A stretch of 13,953 nt of DNA, from positions 1-13,953 of the forward strand of contig CAZNIQ010000018.1 in the NCBI GenBank assembly GCA_964573185.1, written 5' to 3'. This document shows positions 1 through 6,333 of the stretch, one piece after another; position 1 is the stretch's first letter, and each line of letters begins with the position of its first letter. Below the pieces are notes generated by a model. The model did no database searches. It had not been told where the DNA came from and saw nothing but the letters and a program-made list of their open reading frames with translations. The stretch comes from Candidatus Woesearchaeota archaeon (lineage in GTDB: Archaea > Nanobdellota > Nanobdellia > Nanobdellales > CAZNIQ01). The position numbers and the translations under genes are program-made.

Positions 1-577
1 TGAATCTCAAATCTCCGCAGTCCGATCTTAATTTCCCTTGTGAAATTAAAGTTTGAGTATCTATAGAAAGATTTAATTGGAAATCTTTTGCAGTAGCGAA
101 AGAGGTAACGTATATCGGGACTCTACAATGCCAATCTGGTAAGAACCATGTACAAGCAGGATATACAGGTGTGAAGTTGTATGTAACATTAGAAACTACA
201 ACGGTCTCTCTTAAAACATAATAAGTTCCTTTAAATGTTCCAAATAAAGAATATTTCATTTGATTTTGTTCTATCGGAGCTACAACTTTAATAGTCTCTC
301 CAGGTTTAATTACTTGGGGAGCAATAATAGTTGCCTTCCTATTATTTACATAAAAGAGTAGATCTGATCTATTTACTTTTTCATAGAATTTAACATAAAA
401 TATTACATGTGTTCCGTTAGAATAGTAGGAAACTATTTCTGCTTTTATTGGCAAAGATTTTGCTAAAGATTGTAAAGGATATTTTGGCTTTACATTTTGA
501 ACAAAGAGAAAAACTAGAGCAGATGAGAGTACGAGAGTGGTAATAAGGATTACATAGGGATATATTTGGTTTTTCAC
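1..577 (-). CDS. Membrane-anchored surface protein with DUF2341 (ConA/LamG-like) domain; only the N-terminal 192 codons are present and the 3' end runs off the left edge
   Basis: It is absent from the ORF track because it has no stop in the window. I read every codon of the minus frame from 577 down to 2 and found no TAA, TAG or TGA. GTG at 577..575 is the first start-type codon after an in-frame stop at 595..593, and it overlaps the TGA of the upstream gene (GTGA). The translation begins VKNQIYPYVILITTLVLSSALVFLFVQNV (one N-terminal TM helix). It ends ...PDWHCRVPIYVTSFATAKDFQLNLSIDTQTLISQGKLRSDCGDLRF. That matches the opening of Pfam DUF2341 as I remember it (W-x-x-R-x-P-I, then D-[FY]-Q-[VL], then S-D-C-G-D-[IL]-R-F). 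Confidence 0.6.
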   Translation of the reverse strand, partial: MKNQIYPYVILITTLVLSSALVFLFVQNVKPKYPLQSLAKSLPIKAEIVSYYSNGTHVIFYVKFYEKVNRSDLLFYVNNRKATIIAPQVIKPGETIKVVAPIEQNQMKYSLFGTFKGTYYVLRETVVVSNVTYNFTPVYPACTWFLPDWHCRVPIYVTSFATAKDFQLNLSIDTQTLISQGKLRSDCGDLRF

Positions 578-1014
578 GTTATGTTCACAGCTTTAGAATA
601 TTTAACCCCTTCGCACGTAGAGAATGTTACCTTTGCTATTCCATTACTAAGATTCCCATTTATTCGAATTACTAAAATTTCATTCGGATTCCAAATTCCT
701 TTGTCTATCATATCATTCAAAATATACGAAGTATAATTTGTAATTAAGGTTCCATTTATATATAAAGTCGTACAATTGATTAAAAGATTTGTGTAACCTT
801 TGTTTAAAACAAATAATGTAGGATTTGTTGAATTTAAAGTATCATTTAATATTTCTATTACTGTCTTTATTTGCTTATCTATAATTTTATAGTGCAGATC
901 TAAGGCTTCTTGGATTTGGATAGTATTTGAAATAAAAGAGGATAAAGAAAAGAAAAAAGCTAGCAAAATTATAGAAGCCGTTACTATACCTCCTATTAAA
1001 ACCGAGAACCCCAT
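574..1014 (-). CDS. FlaF (ArlF)-like archaellum/type IV pilus accessory protein, single N-terminal TM helix plus beta-rich ectodomain
   Basis: The N-terminus MGFSVLIGGIVTASIILLAFFFSL is the MGFS-plus-hydrophobic-helix start I associate with archaeal FlaF. It is followed by an ectodomain of about 110 aa with 7 N-x-S/T sequons (NDT, NST, NCT, NGT, NYT, NLS, NIT). The start codon directly abuts the stop of the upstream FlaG-like gene (TAA|ATG at 1015/1014). Confidence 0.55.
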   Translation of the reverse strand: MGFSVLIGGIVTASIILLAFFFSLSSFISNTIQIQEALDLHYKIIDKQIKTVIEILNDTLNSTNPTLFVLNKGYTNLLINCTTLYINGTLITNYTSYILNDMIDKGIWNPNEILVIRINGNLSNGIAKVTFSTCEGVKYSKAVNIT

Positions 1015-1455
1015 TTAAGAAGTAAAAATAGTTTCATCAGAAGCACCGTTTGAATATACAACCTTTATCCTATGCACTTCACCAGGAACTAAAGTAACGT
1101 TTACAGTTAGTCTTAATACATCACCAGGATCAAAAACTCCATTATTATTTTCATCTCTTTCTAAAACAGCATTTGTAACATTAAATAGAACTCCGTCAAT
1201 AAAAACATCATAAGAATTAGCATCAGCTTTCATAGATTCGTATCCTATATTCTTTAGATATACCATCAAACCTTGTGGAGTGTTCATAACTTCTTCTATT
1301 GAAAACACAGTTCTTATTCTTTCTGCGATTTTTGATTTTTGAATTACAAAAGCGTTTGCTAGGCTTACAACTTGGGGATAAACTGCTGAAAGAATTAAAT
1401 AAGAAGCAACTGTTACTCCGATAAAAAATATTACATGGGCTATCGGAACTTCCAT
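1015..1455 (-). CDS. FlaG (ArlG)-like archaellum/type IV pilus accessory protein
   Basis: The N-terminus MEVPIAHVIFFIGVTVASYLILSAV is a hydrophobic helix. It is followed by RTVFSIEEV...LMVYLKNIGYESM...YDVFIDG, which resembles the FlaG/FlaF-family pattern (T-x-[IF]-x-I-x-x-V ... [VI]-Y-[VL]-K-N-x-G ... [VI]-x-[IV]-D-G) as I remember it. The ATG overlaps the ferredoxin stop (TAATG at 1453..1457). Confidence 0.55.
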   Translation of the reverse strand: MEVPIAHVIFFIGVTVASYLILSAVYPQVVSLANAFVIQKSKIAERIRTVFSIEEVMNTPQGLMVYLKNIGYESMKADANSYDVFIDGVLFNVTNAVLERDENNNGVFDPGDVLRLTVNVTLVPGEVHRIKVVYSNGASDETIFTS

Positions 1456-1649
1456 TACTCTTCTATTTCAATTGCCCCTGTTGGACAGGTTTCTTTAGCT
1501 TGTTTTACTTTTTCTAAAAGCTCACCAGTAACTTCTTCAACTTTTACTCTAGATTTCCCATCTTCTCCTAATTCAAAAACTTCCGGAGCAATAATCGTAC
1601 AAGCAGCACAACCAATACATTTATCTTTATTTACCTTGACTTTAGCCAT
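1455..1649 (-). CDS. Small single-cluster [4Fe-4S] ferredoxin (Pyrococcus/Thermotoga type)
   Basis: The protein is 64 aa. It has C-I-G-C-A-A-C at residues 11-17 and a distal C-P (ETCPTGAI), which gives four Cys ligands. The overall sequence MAKVKVNKDKCIGC...VFELGEDGKSRVKVE...CPTGAIEIEE parallels the P. furiosus ferredoxin layout. Confidence 0.85.
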   Translation of the reverse strand: MAKVKVNKDKCIGCAACTIIAPEVFELGEDGKSRVKVEEVTGELLEKVKQAKETCPTGAIEIEE

Positions 1650-2134
1650 AGTTCTATTTCTTTTTCTATTCTTTTAAATATTTCCCACCATTTTTCCCTT
1701 TCTAACCAAATATAATGTTTAACTAGATGTAGATAGTTCCTATGTATAGTTGCGATGATTGGAATACTTTCATCTTTTAAGATTTTGTTAATAAACTCAG
1801 TAAATTTCTTGGAATAAAACTCCATTCTTCCTATTTCATCTATCAACAATATTTTATCTTTCTTATAATTCTTTTCAAGATATTCTATTATTGGATCTAA
1901 ATTCTCCGGATAAACAAAATACTTTCCAACTCTATAAGGACTCCTTTTTTCAACTGATGCTAGCAATTTTTCTTCTCCCCACGTTGTTTTTATTCTAAAT
2001 CCTATCCTCTTCCTATCTTTTCTTATTTCCTCTGTCCAAAAACCAATGAATATATTAGGATATTTTTCGTAAATTCTTTTAACCAAAGTTGTTTTTCCTA
2101 CTCCAGGATTCCCTGAAATAAAAATTCTAACCAT
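1631..2134 (-). CDS. Nucleoside-triphosphatase, THEP1 family (PF03266-like P-loop NTPase)
   Basis: Walker A is GNPGVGKTT at residues 8-16 (2087..2113). Walker B is LLIDEIGRMEF. The size of about 167 aa and the RIFISGxPGVGKTTL start are typical of THEP1/MJ1559-type NTPases. Confidence 0.8.
   Translation of the reverse strand: MVRIFISGNPGVGKTTLVKRIYEKYPNIFIGFWTEEIRKDRKRIGFRIKTTWGEEKLLASVEKRSPYRVGKYFVYPENLDPIIEYLEKNYKKDKILLIDEIGRMEFYSKKFTEFINKILKDESIPIIATIHRNYLHLVKHYIWLEREKWWEIFKRIEKEIELWLKSR
1671..1678 (-). promoter_or_regulatory. Possible internal TATA box (TTTAAAAG on the minus strand) for ferredoxin and downstream genes, embedded in the THEP1 3' end
   Basis: It sits at -29 to -22 relative to the ferredoxin ATG (1649), the same geometry as the intergenic candidates. 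Such strings are common by chance in AT-rich DNA. Confidence 0.25.
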
Positions 2135-2145
2135 AAATATAAAGT

Positions 2146-3765
2146 TTATTCCATTTTTATGAACTTTACAGTTATTTTTGGGAATTTAAAGAAATCTGTC
2201 ATCCTTTCAACAGTAAACTTGTCAAAGTTGGTACCATAGAAAATATATAAGAAAGACCTATTAATATCTAGATATCTCCATAGGAGAATTTCATTACAAG
2301 AATTTTCACAAATTATACCATTTGCTAAGTATACTCCCCTTTTCCATATGTAAAAACCGTACTCTGTTAAATTATAAGTTTCATCGTTAATAGCACCTAA
2401 TTGAAATAGGATTGTTTTATTATAAATTATTGTAAAAGTGGAGTTGGGAGGAAGAATTATGAAAATGTTAGAGTAATTTGCGTAGGCAAAAGTATAAGAT
2501 CTATTGAAAATTAACTTGTTCGAGTTTATATTATTTATGGACCAAAGTTGTACATAATTATTTGTTCTTTCTTTTAGATTATTCCTGCGTTTTTCTATTG
2601 TTAACTTATCATTAGTAATATAATTTTTTTCAACAGTTATTCCGGTTATTCCGGAAACTCTTGTAGACTTTTCTCCTAAAATTAAATAGTATTTCTTAAG
2701 TATTTTCGGATAAGTTATTTCAACTGTAACATTAGCTTTTCTTCTGATTCTGATTGTATCTATATAAAAAGTTGTTGCAAGATTACCTGTCCAATTTTTT
2801 AAATCATAAAATTTGTACCAAGAAAAATATGAAGAAGAAGGGTACTCAAAAGAATCATTTACATAAAAATCATCATCAGCCTGCATATAAAAGTCTGAAA
2901 CTTTATTTGAAAATAAAGAAGAATTAAAGTAAACTTCCATTCCTGCAATATCGATTTTTTCATTATCATTATCTGACTTCCCAGATATAATACCAAAGTC
3001 AGTATACAATATCTTATAGTTTTTATTAACATCCCACACTTCATCATTATTTCTTACCTTAAATTTCGTAAAATAATAATCAAAAATTTCAGAACCGTCT
3101 ACAGCATATTTATTATCTCCTTTTGAAATTGAAATGTTCAAGATTTTACATTCATTTGCGGACAAGTTTAATTTAATCCATATATGGTAATTCCAATTAT
3201 TTTCTTCTTCTTTAATCTTATTTTTGCATTCAAGATTTCTATATTCATAGCAAAAAGGTAAAGGCCTTCTTTCTTTTGTATCATTTACTTTTATTTTATC
3301 TATACCTTGGTACGCTAAATAATAAATAGGAATTCTTATTTGAACATCCGTAAGGTTTCTATTCTCGTTATTACAAACTTTTACAAGCATATAATTTGTT
3401 TTAGGAATAGAATCTGAAATATTAACTATAAAAAAGATCCCGCTAAAGTTTTTAATTCTAAAATATTCTCCAATGGTATTATTAAAAGTTCCGTAGTTTG
3501 GTAAAAAGGGAAAGTTAGTTGGTATAAAAATTGGGAAATGCTCGCAGAATTCTTTTAGATTATCTTTATTGCAGAAGAAAACGTAATTCGGATCGAATTC
3601 TACATCTATTTCATAAATATATTTAGGATTTCTGACTTCAACTTTTGAAGGTTTATTTTCTTGAAGATATAAATTGATTTTATAACTGAATAAATTAATT
3701 ACAATGAGTAAAAATGTTAGAAAGAGCCATAATCCTATAACCCAAGATAAAGATGTTCCTTTCAT
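2146..3765 (-). CDS. Type II membrane-anchored, N-glycosylation-sequon-rich extracellular protein with a probable divergent DUF2341-like domain
   Basis: It is a long ORF in a stop-rich AT background. There is one N-terminal TM helix (WVIGLWLFLTFLLIVINLF). I count 17 N-x-S/T sequons and 8 Cys in the ectodomain. Residues ~125-220 (3106..3393) read YMLVKVCNNENRNLTDVQIRIPI...IKVNDTKERRPLPFCYEY...HIWIKLNLSANECKILNISISKGDN. This follows the order of DUF2341 consensus blocks as I remember them (L-x-D-x-Q-V-x-I; [IL]-R-F-x-D...L-P-[FY]-x-x-E; [IV]-W-V-K-[VL]-P; Y-Y-G-N). The ATG overlaps the stop of the upstream ATPase (ATGA at 3762..3765). Confidence 0.6.
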   Translation of the reverse strand: MKGTSLSWVIGLWLFLTFLLIVINLFSYKINLYLQENKPSKVEVRNPKYIYEIDVEFDPNYVFFCNKDNLKEFCEHFPIFIPTNFPFLPNYGTFNNTIGEYFRIKNFSGIFFIVNISDSIPKTNYMLVKVCNNENRNLTDVQIRIPIYYLAYQGIDKIKVNDTKERRPLPFCYEYRNLECKNKIKEEENNWNYHIWIKLNLSANECKILNISISKGDNKYAVDGSEIFDYYFTKFKVRNNDEVWDVNKNYKILYTDFGIISGKSDNDNEKIDIAGMEVYFNSSLFSNKVSDFYMQADDDFYVNDSFEYPSSSYFSWYKFYDLKNWTGNLATTFYIDTIRIRRKANVTVEITYPKILKKYYLILGEKSTRVSGITGITVEKNYITNDKLTIEKRRNNLKERTNNYVQLWSINNINSNKLIFNRSYTFAYANYSNIFIILPPNSTFTIIYNKTILFQLGAINDETYNLTEYGFYIWKRGVYLANGIICENSCNEILLWRYLDINRSFLYIFYGTNFDKFTVERMTDFFKFPKITVKFIKME

Positions 3766-5042
3766 AAGTATTTCCTAATTAGTTCTGGGTCTGCACCGCC
3801 ATGCCATGTAAATCTTGGTCTTATTTGAACTGGTATTATCCTTTCAGATTTATCATCAAGAATCAATGCGGCTCCTTTTCTTTTTGGCAAATTTTCATTC
3901 ATATAAACGTAAATATCTTTTGCAACAAAGTTCTGCATTATTATGTTTAAAGCTTGAAGATCCACTTTTGAAGTTAGTCTATGTGAGATCACTATATCAG
4001 TTTGTGTCCAAACATCTGTATGCATCTTTCCAGGTTGTTGTGTAGCTAGGACCAAAGTGATTCCAGGCTGTCTACCTTCTCTAATTATTTGTATTAATGG
4101 TTCTGTTGCCGGTGTTATAGAATCTTTTGGTAACGCTTCATGAGCTTCATCAATCATTATCCAAACTAAAGGAAAATCTCTAGTTTTTTCTATCCCTATA
4201 GCTTGTTCCACTTCTTCTTTTTTTCTATATAATAATCTATCGTAAAAAATTCTTTTTGAAACCAATCCTATAACTAAGTTTTTAACAGACCAACCACCTG
4301 TTAAAGCCGTATACATCGAAATATCTAATATATTAACATATCCTGGTTTTACCAAATCCTCTATTTTTGAAGCCTTTTCAGAAAACAATCCCCAGTCTTC
4401 TGCGGCATAAAAATAATTTAATGCTAATTCTTTGATTCTAGAGTCTGTTGGAGATTTTTCTATTTTGTCTATAATATCTTGTAAAGAATAACCATTGGAA
4501 TTTTTCTTCAAATCTCTTATAATTTTTGAAATAAAGGCCGAAACGGGGTGTGTTGGTTTTAAATTAAAAGTTAAAATCCATTCAAAAGGTGATAGATCTG
4601 AAGGATTTAATGCAAAAGAATCATCTACAGGAACTCCAAAAGATTCGTATTTTTCTTTTAATTGAAATGGTACTAATACCCTTACGTTTTTTAATTCTTT
4701 GGGTTCTAAACCCCACTCTTCAAGTAATTCAGCTTCTTTATAATTCGGAAACTTCATTGTCCAGAAAATACCCATTGTATCAAAGATTAATACAGAAATT
4801 TCCTTTCTTAATTTTGGATCTATGGATGCAATTTCTTCTGCAATTACAGCAAGTGTATAGCTCTTTCCACTACCTCTTTTCCCACAAATTAAAAGTAAAT
4901 GAGGCTTATTGACATCCAAAAAAACCCTATTTGCTAAGGACATTACCTGCTCCATTTTTATATATTCTTTACCAATAAAGATTGTTCCTTGTAATCCCAA
5001 TTTCTCTAATTCATCTTCAGTACGACCAATTATTATATCCAT
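3762..5042 (-). CDS. HerA/FtsK-superfamily P-loop ATPase (DUF87/COG0433-like), short form without an N-terminal HAS-barrel
   Basis: Walker A is GKRGSGKS (4860..4883), already at residues 54-61. Walker B is VWIMIDEAHEALP (~4137..4166). HerA-type blocks are YVNILDIS, REGRQPGITLVLATQQPGKM and TDIVISHRLT. At 426 aa, with only about 50 aa before the P-loop, there is no room for the ~100-aa HAS-barrel of canonical HerA. Confidence 0.75.
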   Translation of the reverse strand: MDIIIGRTEDELEKLGLQGTIFIGKEYIKMEQVMSLANRVFLDVNKPHLLLICGKRGSGKSYTLAVIAEEIASIDPKLRKEISVLIFDTMGIFWTMKFPNYKEAELLEEWGLEPKELKNVRVLVPFQLKEKYESFGVPVDDSFALNPSDLSPFEWILTFNLKPTHPVSAFISKIIRDLKKNSNGYSLQDIIDKIEKSPTDSRIKELALNYFYAAEDWGLFSEKASKIEDLVKPGYVNILDISMYTALTGGWSVKNLVIGLVSKRIFYDRLLYRKKEEVEQAIGIEKTRDFPLVWIMIDEAHEALPKDSITPATEPLIQIIREGRQPGITLVLATQQPGKMHTDVWTQTDIVISHRLTSKVDLQALNIIMQNFVAKDIYVYMNENLPKRKGAALILDDKSERIIPVQIRPRFTWHGGADPELIRKYL

Positions 5043-5902
5043 TATTTAACAATTATATCCCAAGCTTCTAATAGTCTTTTAATCCTCTTTTCAATAGGAG
5101 GATGAGTTGAAAATAATTCTGAAACCTCTACAAAATACAAAGGTTCTAAAGCTTCATTATATGGCAAATCCCCAATGTTTATTTGTTTGATTTTTTTGAA
5201 AGCATTTATTAATCCCCAAGGAGAACCAACTAATTCTGCTCCAGTTAGGTCTGCTAAATATTCTCTTTGTCTTGAAATCGCTAATTGAATTAAAACAGCT
5301 ATTAAAGGAATTACAATAGAAATGATTAGAGCCAAAATATAAGCCCAAGCAGGTCTTTCTCTATCAGAAAATATCCATGCAAATTGAAGGAAGTTCGCTA
5401 TATGAGATATCAAACCAACCATAACTGAAACCAAAGTCATATATAAAGTATCGGCGTTCTTAATATGAGATATTTCATGTGCTAAAACCCCTTCCAATTC
5501 TTCTTTATCCAAATACTTTAAAGCTCCTTCTGTTATAGCAATAGCGGGTTTTCTGAAACCTGTAGCAAAAGCATTGATATCATTACCGGGAATTAAATAT
5601 AGTTCTGGCATAGGAACCCTTGCTTTTCTTGCAAGCTTTTCTACAATCTCTTTAACTTCTTCATATCTTGGGTGTCCTTCCAAAGGCCTAGCTTGAGCAG
5701 AAAGTAAAACAATTTTCTTACCGAAGAATAAAGTAAAGAGAACATAAAATATAACAGAAATTAAAGCATAAAGAATTGCTAGATTAGCAGCATATGGGTT
5801 TATCAACCAAGTCAAATAGTAAACTAAAACAAAAAGCAAAACTGAAATTAATATTGTCAGTATTATTGATTTTATCCAGTTTTCCAACTTATACAGATTC
5901 AT
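5042..5902 (-). CDS. htpX: HtpX-type M48 zinc metalloprotease (integral membrane)
   Basis: The HEXXH motif is HEISH at 5465..5479 within GVLAHEISHIKNAD. There are two TM helices before and two after the catalytic block. The downstream glutamate block is REYLADL and the C-terminal motif is STHPPIEKRIKRL, all typical of HtpX. Confidence 0.85.
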   Translation of the reverse strand: MNLYKLENWIKSIILTILISVLLFVLVYYLTWLINPYAANLAILYALISVIFYVLFTLFFGKKIVLLSAQARPLEGHPRYEEVKEIVEKLARKARVPMPELYLIPGNDINAFATGFRKPAIAITEGALKYLDKEELEGVLAHEISHIKNADTLYMTLVSVMVGLISHIANFLQFAWIFSDRERPAWAYILALIISIVIPLIAVLIQLAISRQREYLADLTGAELVGSPWGLINAFKKIKQINIGDLPYNEALEPLYFVEVSELFSTHPPIEKRIKRLLEAWDIIVK

Positions 5903-6314
5903 TAAAAAAGATTATAGTGTAAGTAATTAAAAGATTAATTAGTACCACTCCCAGCGCTATAGAAACGTAAGCCTTTCTTAAATCTAAGTTTAATAAATAA
6001 GAAATTAAAGAAGCAGAGTATGCCCCAGAAAAAGGTAAAGGTACGAAAGTAAATAAAAATAAACCAATATAAGACATCTTTCTTCTTTTAAGTTCTAATT
6101 TTACGACAAAATCAAATAAAGATTTATAGATTTTTAACTTATTATAAAGAAGAGGATGTATTTTATTCAAAAAGAACCATACGTAGATAGGAATTAAGAG
6201 ATTTAGGAAAGTACAGCAAATAAAGCAAAGAAAAGGAGGATGCCTCAAAGAACATAAGATTATCGAATATCTTCCTTCAATCCATGGTATTAATGTTAAT
6301 AAACATTCTAGCAT
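5889..6314 (-). CDS. Small polytopic membrane protein of the 'putative small multidrug export' family (PF06695-like); function unproven
   Basis: The 141-aa protein has about 4 hydrophobic segments. LIPWIEGRYSIIL near the N-terminus and YIGLFLFTFVPLPFSGAYSASLISYLL later match the two conserved blocks of PF06695 as I remember them (P-x-x-E-x-R ... F-V-x-I-P-L-P-x-[ST]-G-A-[WY]). It overlaps the htpX start by 14 nt. Confidence 0.65.
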   Translation of the reverse strand: MLECLLTLIPWIEGRYSIILCSLRHPPFLCFICCTFLNLLIPIYVWFFLNKIHPLLYNKLKIYKSLFDFVVKLELKRRKMSYIGLFLFTFVPLPFSGAYSASLISYLLNLDLRKAYVSIALGVVLINLLITYTIIFFNESV

Positions 6315-6333
6315 TAAGGTAAATAGTAAAAAA

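Noticed and set aside
574-1455. Reading the FlaF/FlaG-like pair as part of a canonical archaellum operon
   Set aside because: No archaellin (FlaB/ArlB), FlaH/ArlH, FlaI/ArlI or FlaJ/ArlJ genes flank them in the window. The upstream neighbours are ferredoxin and THEP1, and the downstream neighbour is a DUF2341 protein. An archaellum call would overreach.
1435-1677. 80-aa plus-strand ORF from the track
   Set aside because: It lies entirely antisense to the ferredoxin gene and the FlaG-like 5' end. Its translation is low-complexity and Ser/Phe/Leu-rich with no motifs, whereas the minus-strand ferredoxin has an unmistakable Cys-ligand pattern. It is a shadow ORF.
2637-2654. 9-bp tandem duplication (ttattccgg x2) encoding GIT-GIT in the 539-aa protein
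   Set aside because: It is a single in-frame micro-duplication inside a coding region. It is too short and isolated to be a repeat element or a CRISPR-like feature.
2859-3047. 62-aa minus-strand ORF nested in the 539-aa gene
   Set aside because: It is an alternative frame of a much longer, continuous ORF on the same strand. It has no independent start context and no recognisable features.
3815-4912. Two plus-strand ORFs (3815..4045 and 4589..4912) antisense to the HerA-like ATPase
   Set aside because: Both lie inside a gene with clear Walker A/B and HerA blocks on the opposite strand. Their translations are Leu/Phe/Gln-rich mirror products typical of antisense frames.
3762-5042. Calling the ATPase a bona fide HerA DNA-end-resection helicase
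   Set aside because: It has no HAS-barrel-sized N-terminus, and the window has no nurA, mre11 or rad50 neighbours. Only superfamily-level similarity is supportable.
5157-5348. 63-aa minus-strand ORF inside htpX
   Set aside because: It is an out-of-frame ORF within the HtpX coding region, and the HtpX frame carries the HEISH motif and TM helices. It is spurious.
5889-6314. Interpreting the PF06695-like protein as a drug-efflux or resistance determinant
   Set aside because: To my knowledge the family name is a historical annotation without experimental support. Nothing in the sequence indicates a transporter energy-coupling motif.
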